This document shows, piece by piece, positions 20,305 through 30,668 of a DNA stretch of 64,000 nucleotides. The first letter of the stretch is position 1, and the number at the start of each line of letters is the position of its first letter. The DNA comes from an uncultured virus (IMG/VR IMGVR_UViG_3300024270_000041) (Duplodnaviria; Heunggongvirae; Uroviricota; Caudoviricetes): the IMG/VR virus record IMGVR_UViG_3300024270_000041. One strand, 5' to 3'. A program made the position numbers and the translations under genes. A model generated the notes under the pieces. The model saw only the letters and a program-made list of their open reading frames with translations. It was not told the origin of the DNA and did not search any database.

Positions 20305-21936
20305 TTAGTAAGTTATCTCCGCCTCGATACTGCGGTGACGGAGAAAAACCAGCTGTGGAATGTTGAGGTTAAGAGGCTGTACATTGCCACAGTTTGGACA
20401 CTTAGTCATGATAGTGAATGTTGGATTGTAATTCTTCTTATCAAGTGTGATATTGATAATAGCACGCTCAGTCTCAACGATTGTACGATAGTACTCGATG
20501 ATTTCATCGATATCGGTGAGCTTGATGTAGCAGTCCTTACCATTATCATCTACTCCATCATATACATAGATTTCACGTGTCCACATTGCGTATACGTTGA
20601 TGTAGTATTCAGGGTCATCTGTTTCCATGTTAGTTGCACTGAGTGTTGTAAGTGCATCATTGATGGTTGGAGCCGCGAATGTGTATACGTTCTTTGTGAA
20701 TGTAGAACGAGCCTTGAAGGAGATGATAGTGTCATCACAAACTACCTTCATGCGGTCAAGGTCATCCTTAGCATCGAGAATGCGGTTGAGGATTTCCTTC
20801 TGAGTATCATCGATATCATCATACTTGATGATAGACTTGGAGTTATATGTAGCTTCGAACTGCTTGCCACGACGACGTTCAGCCGGTGGGAGTGAATCAA
20901 CACACTTTCTGGAGAAGCAGTTGAAAGCGGATGTGATCATTTCTGTAGAAGATGCTACATAGATAGCATAAAGACCAGTATCAACGTCATCGAAACGGAA
21001 CCAGTTACAGAAATCTTCGAAGGTCATGATAAGGTTACCTTCGACATCATACTTGTTTCTTGTGGTGGAGTTGTTGAAGTTGTCGTAAAGGAACTGAGCC
21101 TTCTTCTGGAGGAGAGAAATGTCAGATTCTGTAGATTCACCATTCTCATCAACTTCACCAATTACAGCATTTGTAAGCTGGAAGATGTTAGCACCATTAA
21201 AGGTAGCAAAGTCTCTTGTATTGTACATTGGGAGACCGTAATGTGAGAGACTGCAAGATGCTCTGTGGATAACCTTGAACTTCTCATCTCTCTGAACTTC
21301 ACGTACGTTGAGAGTTTCGAGTTCCTGGTTATTAACAACCACAAGACGAATCTTCTCTGTACGCATGAGCTTAGCTTCCTGCTCAGGAGTAAACTCGATC
21401 TTGGAAGCGTCGCCAGCAGCAACCTCGATGTTTACAATCTCTGGGTGTTCATTATAGTAGCTCTGCTTCTCTTCTTCAACCTGTCTGTTGAGACGGTTTC
21501 TTGCAGCTTTGTCTGCTTCGTTTGGGGAAAGACCTTCATTAACGATGAGATTCTTTCTGTATTCCATAATCTCAGCAGCGAGCTTAGAGGACACTTCATC
21601 ATAGTGAGCTGGGTCCTTAGACTTAACACCCTTAAGGGCATCTTCGATAACCTTGTTATAGTTATCGAAAGCGGATTCTTCAGTTGTATCCTTTGCGTTC
21701 AGATCAGCACCGACGATGATAGCATCTTCATCATCTTCATCATCGTCGATGTCAGATGTGTCCATTGTGATAGCACCTGTTGCATAGTCGGGCTCATCAT
21801 CAGGAACTGTATCAGCAGGAGCCTGTGTAAGCTCCTCCATATCTTCTTCTGTAACAGCGAGTGGGTCATTCTCTGGCATAGTTACGTCAGTAGCACCCTG
21901 TGCGAACTGACTAATAGCACTCTGTGGGATATTCAT
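20305..21936 (-). CDS. Baseplate hub assembly chaperone-like protein (T4 gp26/gp51-like) with acidic N-terminal extension
   Basis: APTIND segment and C-terminal TKCPNCGNVQPLNL Zn ribbon; adjacent to the gp25-like gene. Confidence 0.5.
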   Translation of the reverse strand: MNIPQSAISQFAQGATDVTMPENDPLAVTEEDMEELTQAPADTVPDDEPDYATGAITMDTSDIDDDEDDEDAIIVGADLNAKDTTEESAFDNYNKVIEDALKGVKSKDPAHYDEVSSKLAAEIMEYRKNLIVNEGLSPNEADKAARNRLNRQVEEEKQSYYNEHPEIVNIEVAAGDASKIEFTPEQEAKLMRTEKIRLVVVNNQELETLNVREVQRDEKFKVIHRASCSLSHYGLPMYNTRDFATFNGANIFQLTNAVIGEVDENGESTESDISLLQKKAQFLYDNFNNSTTRNKYDVEGNLIMTFEDFCNWFRFDDVDTGLYAIYVASSTEMITSAFNCFSRKCVDSLPPAERRRGKQFEATYNSKSIIKYDDIDDTQKEILNRILDAKDDLDRMKVVCDDTIISFKARSTFTKNVYTFAAPTINDALTTLSATNMETDDPEYYINVYAMWTREIYVYDGVDDNGKDCYIKLTDIDEIIEYYRTIVETERAIINITLDKKNYNPTFTIMTKCPNCGNVQPLNLNIPQLVFLRHRSIEAEITY

Positions 21937-21957
21937 TGTAGATTCCTCCTATTGAAA

Positions 21958-22389
21958 TTATTTCTCATCAAATTTAGATATGATGTATGTAAGAATTTGG
22001 TCACCTTCAGTTATATCGATGGTTCGATATGTGATTACCGAACCCTCTATGAAGCCAACGAGAATGCGTATTACATGTATATTACGCTCTTCCCAATAAA
22101 ATGTGGTCAACTTAAGTGTTCCTATTGGTATATCAGCCAAGTATTGTGCACACTGTCCTCTGATTTCACTTTCGAGTTCCGACATACCGCTCATGAGCTC
22201 TTCGAATTTATACATGGAGATATGTACTCCAGCATTAGGCTCATCACTATATGTACCTTTCTCAAGGAATATCAGTTCACATATAAGTCTTATCCACATA
22301 TCGGCATTAACTGTTTCTTTCGGTGAACCGAAATCACCGACTTCAAAAGTCGGTTCCTTAACTACTGTAGAGGTAGTTGATGCGGCCAT
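21958..22389 (-). CDS. Baseplate wedge protein, gp25/GPW-like
   Basis: LIFLEKGTYSDEPNAGVHI matches the gp25 L.T..G.....P.FG..L pattern; size 143 aa fits. Confidence 0.65.
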   Translation of the reverse strand: MAASTTSTVVKEPTFEVGDFGSPKETVNADMWIRLICELIFLEKGTYSDEPNAGVHISMYKFEELMSGMSELESEIRGQCAQYLADIPIGTLKLTTFYWEERNIHVIRILVGFIEGSVITYRTIDITEGDQILTYIISKFDEK

Positions 22390-22483
22390 AATGGACGTTC
22401 TCCTTTCTTTCGAAGTCTATTTTACATCTCTGTAATAATAGCTAAAAAAATATCCGGTTTACCGAAAGGTAAACCGGGTGTTG

Positions 22484-22951
22484 TTATTTCTTATCGTCGT
22501 TATCTTCTTTCTTTTCTTCATCCTCTTCGCGGGATTCTTCCAACTCTTCCAGAAGCTTAGTAATGTCCTTAATTTCATGCATACCCTTAGTAACGGTCTT
22601 GAAGAGAATCATCGTATTCTTAAATGACAAGAAGAATCGAGTGATATCATCTCCCAGAGCACCAAGTATTACTGCAATGCACAGGTATACTTCCTCAGGA
22701 CCCTTATCTGCAAATAGCGTATGAACGATAGTAATTATGATAGTTGGAAAGATTGCACTTACCACAGTAGTGGCAATTATGACACCAATCTTATGCTTTT
22801 TCTTTCGCTTACCAGTAGAAGGTGGTGCGTTCTTTATGAATTGTGACACGGCCGATCCCAGTAAGCATGGTATGAAATGAATCAGTGTAAGCATAAGAAA
22901 GTGACCAAGTGTGATTACTTCAGAAGGGATTTCCATGTGTTTCACCACCAT
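22484..22951 (-). CDS. Three-TM membrane protein, holin candidate
   Basis: Three hydrophobic segments, a basic loop and a charged C-terminal tail; lies in a late operon. Confidence 0.45.
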   Translation of the reverse strand: MVVKHMEIPSEVITLGHFLMLTLIHFIPCLLGSAVSQFIKNAPPSTGKRKKKHKIGVIIATTVVSAIFPTIIITIVHTLFADKGPEEVYLCIAVILGALGDDITRFFLSFKNTMILFKTVTKGMHEIKDITKLLEELEESREEDEEKKEDNDDKK

Positions 22952-22971
22952 TTCTTATATGATTGTAGATA

Positions 22972-24306
22972 TTAACTGTCGGCAGGAGTAACATAGCCGT
23001 GCTTAGTCGCAGGGTCAATCGTCTGCTGGTCAGTTTTCGGATAGTACTTCTCCAGCTTCTTGCTGTTGAGGTAGTTGAGGTTAACGTAAATGATGAGACG
23101 GTATGTTGCGTATGGGTCGCTCTTATGTATCGTGATATCCATCGTATTCCAGTTGATATCCCAATCCAGCGATGGGTCCAAATCATATGTCTCTTTAATA
23201 AGCTTGGCCCTAAATAACAGTGTTACCGGATTCTCATGAGCTAAGTAATCCAGATATATCTGATAGTCCTCATCGCTTAAGAAAGGTTTGATATTGAATG
23301 AGTCATCCTGACCATCTTTATCCTTATCAGTACGGATAATGGCATTTGTATACTGACTGAATCCTTCCAGTTCCATATTCCTATCTATACCCATGAAGTT
23401 GAATGTAAAGATTGGAATGTAAGCCTGACTGTTCATAGGCTCGTCTATAAAGTGAATACACGATTGTATCTTATTACGAATAGCGTCACAACCGTACAGA
23501 TAGTAATTGGCCAACATATTGAAATCGCATGTCGCTTTGAATGTTACAACGGAAGTATCCTCGATCATGTTCTTCTTCTCAGCCTCACTTACTGATAAGT
23601 CGGTGAATACTGTAAGGATATTCTGTAAGTAATATATGAAGAATTCATCTACGCTAGACGCATTATTCATCATATATGTTATTGGATATGACGACTGTGC
23701 CCTTATATAACGCAGGAATGCAGATACACCATTAGCGTCATCCATTTGTATTCCGACATACCGAGCAATGGTACGGAGTATATTACGAGGAATCAGTGAC
23801 TCGAGTGGTGTATGGATATATCTTGGAACATCCCATGGCAGTGTATTCTTAAGATAATGGTAGATATCATATCCGGCATATGAAGTACTGAGCTGGAGTT
23901 CTATATCGAATGTCAATCTATAACGATTGATTCGAAATCCTACACCAAAACCACGCCTCTTATCCTGAATAAATTCCTGTATATCGTTACCTGGACCAAG
24001 CACCGCACCATCATAATTAGTGAAGTGTGTACCGCAAAGAAACAGGTCGTCGTTAGGTCCAACTATTTCGAGAGTTGGTCTAATAATCATACAGGGCTTC
24101 TGCTTTCTCTGTATGTCATTAGTAGCAAGAGTTGCCTTTCTATGTTTCTGAAAGTGTCTATATGCTACACGGGTAGATATAGAGCTATCTTTAAGAAAGT
24201 CTTTAGGGAGCATACCTTTGAGGTGAACCTCGAGAGCTTTAGCCACATTACCGTATACATGAGCAATGGATGATGTAGCCTCAGAGAAGATATGGTCCAT
24301 TTGCAT
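22972..24306 (-). CDS. Late virion structural protein (tail completion-like?)
   Basis: 444 aa with GAGGTGA RBS and late promoter AACA-N6-TA at 24348-24337. Confidence 0.5.
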   Translation of the reverse strand: MQMDHIFSEATSSIAHVYGNVAKALEVHLKGMLPKDFLKDSSISTRVAYRHFQKHRKATLATNDIQRKQKPCMIIRPTLEIVGPNDDLFLCGTHFTNYDGAVLGPGNDIQEFIQDKRRGFGVGFRINRYRLTFDIELQLSTSYAGYDIYHYLKNTLPWDVPRYIHTPLESLIPRNILRTIARYVGIQMDDANGVSAFLRYIRAQSSYPITYMMNNASSVDEFFIYYLQNILTVFTDLSVSEAEKKNMIEDTSVVTFKATCDFNMLANYYLYGCDAIRNKIQSCIHFIDEPMNSQAYIPIFTFNFMGIDRNMELEGFSQYTNAIIRTDKDKDGQDDSFNIKPFLSDEDYQIYLDYLAHENPVTLLFRAKLIKETYDLDPSLDWDINWNTMDITIHKSDPYATYRLIIYVNLNYLNSKKLEKYYPKTDQQTIDPATKHGYVTPADS

Positions 24307-24415
24307 AATAACTCACCTCGCTTTAGTCTAAGTGATTATACTGCTGTTTCGACCAAATACTACCCTCGGTCCATACAAAAAAATATAGCCACGTGCATAT
24401 GCACGTGGCTATATG

Positions 24416-24868
24416 TCAGTCATTTAACCAGAATATGTGAGTATTAGCATCCGATATTTCTTCAATGGCTATAAGCATTGTCTCGGTGAAGTATAAAGCA
24501 TCGTGCATATGCTTCATTAATCTTCTTATGGTGAGTTTAGTAGCTTCATCTGAAAATATGTTCGATCTGAGCATCTCGCGAGCCCTATCTTCATGAACTA
24601 TCTTAACGGTCATAGTATTGTCTTCGTACTCATCGACAGGATAGAATATAACGAATTTTGTACCACTATATATCACTATTAGTGGTATTATCACTCCGTT
24701 GTATATGAACGCATTGCCGTCTTGAGTAACCCCGAAGTAGTTCAGAATATTGTTGACCGTATCCATATCATCGATAGTAATTGTACCGTTAGTGATGTTT
24801 TCTACTAACTCATACATTAATTCTTGCATTGCTTTGATAGATAGTCTATTGCTATTTTCTGTACTCAT
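24416..24868 (-). CDS. Hypothetical protein
   Basis: Start MSTENS follows GGGAGG. Confidence 0.7.
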   Translation of the reverse strand: MSTENSNRLSIKAMQELMYELVENITNGTITIDDMDTVNNILNYFGVTQDGNAFIYNGVIIPLIVIYSGTKFVIFYPVDEYEDNTMTVKIVHEDRAREMLRSNIFSDEATKLTIRRLMKHMHDALYFTETMLIAIEEISDANTHIFWLND

Positions 24869-25004
24869 AAAATAAACCTCCCTAGTTATAACAATTAAAA
24901 TATACCCGTAACGCCATGAAGACGTTACGGGCAAAGCAGAAAGGAGTCACACCGGTTATGGGTCAACCCAGTGTGGTATATCTGAAATACGGGAAACTGC
25001 TGAA

Positions 25005-25712
25005 TTAGTCAAGATACTTCTTACGTCTTGGCTGGTATGCCGGACGGTATCTTTCGAGATTACCATTGTTGATAGAAGCATAATACTTCTTAACAATGAA
25101 GCCTGTAAGGTTACGGTAACGGCGTCTATCAGCCTTACCTGTGAGAACATCGATTGGGTTCTCGTTATCATACAGGTTGGAGATGATAACCTCTACAGGT
25201 TTGTTGCACTTGTTCTGTGGGTTATTCTCGTTATACTTCACGTTTCTTGCATCGAAGAGAAGTGTGAAGATTTTGTTAGGATCGAGCAGTACGATGATAT
25301 ACTTACCCTTCTTACCAAGCTCGTTGAGAGGCTTGTCCTTATCACCCTGAATACCGTACATGTTTACGAACTTCTTGAAGTCCTCATTGTACTGTGGGAT
25401 ACCGTCGACGAATACGTTGTCCTTACCAACCACGTTCTGTACGATGTTAGTATTGGACTTAGGTACCCATACCTGGAAGGATGTCTGGAATGCTCTGCGG
25501 TTCTGCTTGGATTCTGTATCGTACTCTGAGTTCTTATCATCAACCCAGGTATCGATCTTGACAGTGAATTCACCATCAATATAAGTTGCAGCAAGTGCAG
25601 TGATATTCTTTTCAACGTCTTCCTTGCTGATAGTAAATGCTGCCATTGTAAGCGGACAGCCACATGTGTTGTATGCGAGAACGTCACATACGTTGTTATT
25701 TGCGTTTGACAT
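25005..25712 (-). CDS. Hypothetical protein with high-expression codon bias
   Basis: 235-aa ORF with AAGGAGG RBS. Confidence 0.75.
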   Translation of the reverse strand: MSNANNNVCDVLAYNTCGCPLTMAAFTISKEDVEKNITALAATYIDGEFTVKIDTWVDDKNSEYDTESKQNRRAFQTSFQVWVPKSNTNIVQNVVGKDNVFVDGIPQYNEDFKKFVNMYGIQGDKDKPLNELGKKGKYIIVLLDPNKIFTLLFDARNVKYNENNPQNKCNKPVEVIISNLYDNENPIDVLTGKADRRRYRNLTGFIVKKYYASINNGNLERYRPAYQPRRKKYLD

Positions 25713-25787
25713 TTGAGCTTCCTCCTTGAAATTATTGTTAGTTCTTTAATACCGTTAAATGTATTAATGACGTTATTCTCTCCATCA

Positions 25788-26630
25788 TTAATTCATAATG
25801 TCTGAGAGCTTATCGTTATACATCTCTAGGGTCCCAGCCACTTTAGGTCCCCAGCTCTCATCACAATAGATAGGTCCTATCTCATATAGAGTTTCATATC
25901 CCTTATCTATGTACGAGTTCCTGAGTAGTTCAGCAGTGTATCTATAGCACTCAGCAACACTGTCGAATTCTCTAGGATAATCACCATCCATTATACCGCA
26001 TGCATTATTGGCATTACGATATTCCATAGGCCAGTCTTCAGAGTCACATAATCCAGACTCCCATGTTGATATTGCGAGTATTGTTGTCGCTGATATTCCA
26101 TACTCATCCTCTATAGCTATAAGCTCATCTACAGCTAGTGCTACTGGATGGTCTGGCGAATACTCGCGGTATCGTCGTTCTATAGACCACTGAATTAGTT
26201 CCAACAGATGCTCTCGAGATGCACCCGTTACATTCTGAATGTCGTTCCGGTCCATAGATAATTGTGCCACCTGTGGAGTAGTTTGATGTGATGCATAAAC
26301 TTGAGTATCAGCTACTTGTCTTTCAATAGTCAGATTGTCAATATCCTCAAGTTCTTTTCGCATCGCTTCGATGGTATCCTTCATGCGGTCATTCTCAGAT
26401 ATCAAGTACTCGACTTCTTCATTGAGATTGTCGTTATTGGCCTGTAATAATTCCATCTCAGCCTGAACTTCAATCATCTCATTATGAATTCGTCGAGTCT
26501 CCGATATAACCGCTATTATCAGAAAAGCTACAGAGACTATGATGACCATCCACGTTACTATCATAGTTAACATGGAGTCAAACTTAGCCACCCGCTTCTT
26601 CTCTGATTCTAAATCAGTCTTTATCTTCAT
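25788..26630 (-). CDS. Membrane-anchored peptidoglycan hydrolase (TM + coiled coil + glucosaminidase/GH73-like domain)
   Basis: EDEYGISATTILAISTWESG...NNACGIM...FDSVAECY...GPIYC. Start MKIKTD follows GAAAGGAGGTG. Confidence 0.8.
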   Translation of the reverse strand: MKIKTDLESEKKRVAKFDSMLTMIVTWMVIIVSVAFLIIAVISETRRIHNEMIEVQAEMELLQANNDNLNEEVEYLISENDRMKDTIEAMRKELEDIDNLTIERQVADTQVYASHQTTPQVAQLSMDRNDIQNVTGASREHLLELIQWSIERRYREYSPDHPVALAVDELIAIEDEYGISATTILAISTWESGLCDSEDWPMEYRNANNACGIMDGDYPREFDSVAECYRYTAELLRNSYIDKGYETLYEIGPIYCDESWGPKVAGTLEMYNDKLSDIMN

Positions 26631-26682
26631 CGGTTTTTTCACCTCCTTTCGCAGTATTATCATATATACTTCTTCAAATAAT

Positions 26683-26986
26683 AAAAAAGTCCCCCATATG
26701 AGCATAGACGGGCTCATATGGGGGTATATATAAAAACAAAACAAGAGGCACTGAATAACCAAACTTGTTTATTAGAATTATCATTCGCAGCTTATTGTGT
26801 ATCCTTATGTCCTATGATAATTAAAAAAGTACTAGAGGAGGCACCAGCTGGAACTAGTGCCTCATATGTACCAATTTCATAGGAGGATCAACAATAAGCA
26901 GGAACTTCCCGGCACTATTGCACCAGGTCTTCAAGCAAATTGCAAATGAAGAATCAAACGCACTCGCAATCAGCAGAGGACGTCTA
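26683..26986 (-). ncRNA. Candidate about 300-nt structured ncRNA
   Basis: Late promoter AACA-AATATA-TA (26996-26985), several G.U-containing helices on the minus strand, and terminator stem 26691-26724 with U tract. Confidence 0.6.
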
Positions 26987-26999
26987 TATATTTGTTGTA

Positions 27000-27881
27000 T
27001 TAGAAAAGGTCTTCTAACGGATCGAAATCGTCGGATTCATATATCTCCTCATGTGCTGATTTCATTGCCACGGAAACTTCATCTTCAAAATAGTATTCGA
27101 CGATGGATTCCATAGCAGGGTCGAAGTCTTCGTCACACATATGAATTATTGAATCGAGGGCGAGTGATTGCTGATACTTCTTCTTAGCCTCGAGCTTCAT
27201 AACCTTCTTATCTTTGCCCTTCTCTTCAGCTTTGGCAATCTTACGATCAAGTTTCTTAATCTCAGCTTCGCCAACAGAACGCAGCCATGTATTGATTGTA
27301 TTTACGGCAGCTGCGCAAATACCAGGTTTATTCAACTGGGATACAAGGTCATTTTCATGACTGAAGCCCCTGAAGTTATCCGAAAGGTATTTGAGAATCT
27401 TAATCTTATCTTCGAGTTTTCCGACCTTCTTATCCTTACCTTTAGCCTTAGACTTTTCAATCTTCTTCTCAAGGCGTCTTACTGTATTATCAATAACTGC
27501 AGGGCTTGTAATAGCAAGACAGATGAGAGATACAATTACGCCATTCGCTAATGTGATCGGGAGTACCCCAAGACTAGCCATAAATCTTGTTGTTGCAACT
27601 CCCAACTTAGATACAGTTGCTCCATTTAATGCTGCAAGACTAACGCCCAGTTGTGTCATTACACCCGTATTATACCCATGCAAGATTACCATGTGTAAGA
27701 AGGCTGGGATGGTTCTGATAGCACGAGCTTCTTTTTCACTCCTTGCCGCTTCGGTAGCGGAGAAGTCATAAATACCCTCAATACCCAAGATACTTTCCAT
27801 TGCAGACATTTCTGTAGCAGTAAGGTCGGTATCATCAATACCGTAATCGATGTCATCGAAAATATCTTCAAATAATTCCAT
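27000..27881 (-). CDS. Probable internal head protein with propeptide
   Basis: Acidic N-terminal leader with ATE/AME motifs, central hydrophobic segment, duplicated KIxKxxxKGKDKKVxKLE, and C-terminal PAMES. Confidence 0.55.
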   Translation of the reverse strand: MELFEDIFDDIDYGIDDTDLTATEMSAMESILGIEGIYDFSATEAARSEKEARAIRTIPAFLHMVILHGYNTGVMTQLGVSLAALNGATVSKLGVATTRFMASLGVLPITLANGVIVSLICLAITSPAVIDNTVRRLEKKIEKSKAKGKDKKVGKLEDKIKILKYLSDNFRGFSHENDLVSQLNKPGICAAAVNTINTWLRSVGEAEIKKLDRKIAKAEEKGKDKKVMKLEAKKKYQQSLALDSIIHMCDEDFDPAMESIVEYYFEDEVSVAMKSAHEEIYESDDFDPLEDLF

Positions 27882-27899
27882 TTATATCATTCCTTTCGT

Positions 27900-30668
27900 T
27901 TATTTACTCTTAATCAAGTCACGCTTGATGGAGTTAACTATCTTACGGAGACCAGATACATACTGGGCAAAGTTCTTAACATCCTGACGGGATATATGAT
28001 CGTTATCGCCCACAAGCTTACCGAGTCGTACATTGAGCTTTCTGCAGTTATCGTTAAGAAGCTTCTTACCAGCTGCTACGGTCTTATTGAATTCCTTAGT
28101 ATCTTCCTTAGTCTTATCGCCAGATTCGTACTTAGAATAAGCTGAGATAATAGCGTTAGCGGCTTCATTGAACTTAGTGCTCTCATTCTTGATTACTTCA
28201 AGATACTTATCACAATCTTCGACTGTAGTAAGCTGTCTTCTGAGAGTTGGTTCGGTATGAGCAAGTAATTTCTCAACCTCCGTAGAATCCTTGGACTTAT
28301 TAAATACTGCCGATTCGTTAGCTATGGATTCTTTGGCAGAGCTCGATTTCCGGTCGCGCTTACCTATAAACTGAATACCGTATAAGTATCCATCAAATCC
28401 CATATCGACCAAATCTATCTGGTACTCATTCTGTATATCTAGACTGGATAATGCTTCGCTCAATGCTTCACGAAGAGGTTTAAATCTAGGAGTGTTTTCA
28501 ACCATCGATAATTTAACATTGTTAGTGGATATGATAGGTATAACACGATATTTCTTAGCATAAGAAATATCGACAGATTTTACGACCAAATTTACTGATT
28601 GTAGGCTGCTACGAAAAGTACTCTGCAGTCTTTCGAACTGAGCGGCAGTGTATAATTTGCGTTTCTTTTCAAGGTTCTTGACCAACCCGTCGATAGTCCG
28701 CTTATCCGCATCGCTTACCGCAGCAATACACTTATTGCCAACATCCTTAAATATTGCCATATCGGAACTATCTGTAATTTCTCCGAGCCTTTTAGCAGTG
28801 TTTATGATACCATTTCTATTCTGCTTAGCATCTACTGCATCTATAATATATGCAACGGCTTGATCTCCTGGAAGCCCATGGTGCATGACCCTTGCTACTT
28901 TCCTAGCGGTAGCACCCTCCATAGCCGCAGCTTCCTTGGCTTCCTGAATATTGTCGGTCATAGTGCCCTTGTCAACAGGTTTAACGTCTTCGGTGTGCTT
29001 TTCGTCGATATCTTTGACATCGTCGCGGAGTGTCATATAGAGCCAGTTATTCTTCTTATCATATGTCTTGAATCCATATGTCTTGAAGATACCAATGGCT
29101 TTCTTATTATCGATATGAACCTTGAGGTCTGTAGCATGGAACTTTCTTACAGCTACATCAAGAAGCTGGAATGAGAGCTTCTTACCTCTGAACTTCTTAA
29201 CTACCTCAAGTGTGTCAATCCATACCTTATCAGAACGGATATCGATTGAGATAAATGCAGCAAGCTCTTTCTGCCAGAAGTACATACACCCTCTGAGCTT
29301 CTCCGCATTCTTATCAACCTTCTTAAGCTGGTCATATTCATCCTGATATTTCTTAAGCGCATCGTCGTTCATATGAACGCAATACATAGACTTCAGTGAG
29401 ATTGGTTCTTCCGGATCTTCCTGATAGTCTCTTCTGAGATTAGTAGCGATTGATTCGAAAGCCGGGTCAACATGGTTGTCGTCAGACATTTCGAATAATC
29501 CTTCAAATAAATCGTTCATTGTTTCATCCCCTCCTGCGGCAGATTCTTTAGCATCTGATATGGCTTTAGCACCTTTAATATGAAAATCTACAGTAATACG
29601 ACGGCTCTCGTAGCTATCGAGTGTATCCACATCCATTTTGATCGATTTACCACTGTTGGATTTTTGTATCTTGTATAACTCTTCCAATATTTCATCTTCA
29701 ATCGGTTCACTTAACTTATAAAATGTATCGAAGTATTCGTCATCCCTCTGATCACCGGATGCGTACCACGCTACAATACTAATTGTGTAGTGGCCGAGAA
29801 CATCCTCTCGATATTTAGAATACCACGTAATATTATTTACAATGGGTAATTTACCATCAAATGATAAATTATCAGCATAATCAAACTCGTAGTCTTTTGG
29901 AAGCTTCGACTTATACTTAGATACTACACGATGTACCATCGACATTATCTTTGGGTATATCGGTTTTATACCTTCACACAGATCCTTCTCATAGAGTGCT
30001 TTCTCAGCATCTTCCAACTTACTTAGGTTTTCGTCCTTCCTCTTCTGCTGTCGCTCTTCTTTAGTGGAAAATATGCGGTCAATGGCTTTATCGAAGAGCC
30101 CCTCCATAGCAACACTTTCTTTAGCGGCTTTGGATTTCTTATATTTGAGCACGTAAATATACTTACCTACTTCCATACTATCCATCTCGCAATTTGGATA
30201 TTTCTTCTCAAGTTCACCCTTTATCAACTTATAGAAGTCGTATCCATAATTGGTAAGTCCGCCACTTACATTAGTTATATCGGATGTTGCGGTAACAACT
30301 GGAGCCCAGTGTTCATCACGCATCTTATCGTCGCTAATAGACGCATTGAAATCGAAATTAGCAATATTGCTCTTTAGAATTTTATCGTTCTTACCCAGCT
30401 TAACGATACCCTTGTTTAATCGGTCCTTTACAATATCTGGAGCCATTGATTTAAACTTAGACCTGCACCATTTAGCAGCCTCTTTGAGCTCTCTAAGCTC
30501 ATCATTGGTAAGCTGACCAGCCTTATCGGCATCAATTGTATGTACCACGTGAGCAATGCCGGCTCCACCGACTCTTGCCACTGTAGTAGCAGCCATCATT
30601 TCTAAACCTTCGGTAGCTGGTTCAATGTATATGTCAAATAACTCGTCAAGAGACGAATAATCGTTCAT
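27900..30668 (-). CDS. Multi-module probable head polyprotein with internal GNAT acetyltransferase domain
   Basis: A-x-E clusters (PATEG, AKESVAMEG, PAFES, AKEAAAMEG, AKESIANES) separate the modules. GNAT motifs LEVVKKFRGKKLSFQLL and DNKKAIGIFKTYGF. Confidence 0.65.
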   Translation of the reverse strand: MNDYSSLDELFDIYIEPATEGLEMMAATTVARVGGAGIAHVVHTIDADKAGQLTNDELRELKEAAKWCRSKFKSMAPDIVKDRLNKGIVKLGKNDKILKSNIANFDFNASISDDKMRDEHWAPVVTATSDITNVSGGLTNYGYDFYKLIKGELEKKYPNCEMDSMEVGKYIYVLKYKKSKAAKESVAMEGLFDKAIDRIFSTKEERQQKRKDENLSKLEDAEKALYEKDLCEGIKPIYPKIMSMVHRVVSKYKSKLPKDYEFDYADNLSFDGKLPIVNNITWYSKYREDVLGHYTISIVAWYASGDQRDDEYFDTFYKLSEPIEDEILEELYKIQKSNSGKSIKMDVDTLDSYESRRITVDFHIKGAKAISDAKESAAGGDETMNDLFEGLFEMSDDNHVDPAFESIATNLRRDYQEDPEEPISLKSMYCVHMNDDALKKYQDEYDQLKKVDKNAEKLRGCMYFWQKELAAFISIDIRSDKVWIDTLEVVKKFRGKKLSFQLLDVAVRKFHATDLKVHIDNKKAIGIFKTYGFKTYDKKNNWLYMTLRDDVKDIDEKHTEDVKPVDKGTMTDNIQEAKEAAAMEGATARKVARVMHHGLPGDQAVAYIIDAVDAKQNRNGIINTAKRLGEITDSSDMAIFKDVGNKCIAAVSDADKRTIDGLVKNLEKKRKLYTAAQFERLQSTFRSSLQSVNLVVKSVDISYAKKYRVIPIISTNNVKLSMVENTPRFKPLREALSEALSSLDIQNEYQIDLVDMGFDGYLYGIQFIGKRDRKSSSAKESIANESAVFNKSKDSTEVEKLLAHTEPTLRRQLTTVEDCDKYLEVIKNESTKFNEAANAIISAYSKYESGDKTKEDTKEFNKTVAAGKKLLNDNCRKLNVRLGKLVGDNDHISRQDVKNFAQYVSGLRKIVNSIKRDLIKSK

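Noticed and set aside
20111..20320. Programmed frameshift joining 20305-21936 to 20111-20296
   Set aside because: No XXXYYYZ slippery site near the stop, and the small ORF has its own ATG.
21265..22326. 353-aa plus-strand ORF
   Set aside because: Antisense shadow of codon-biased minus-strand genes, with no RBS or motif.
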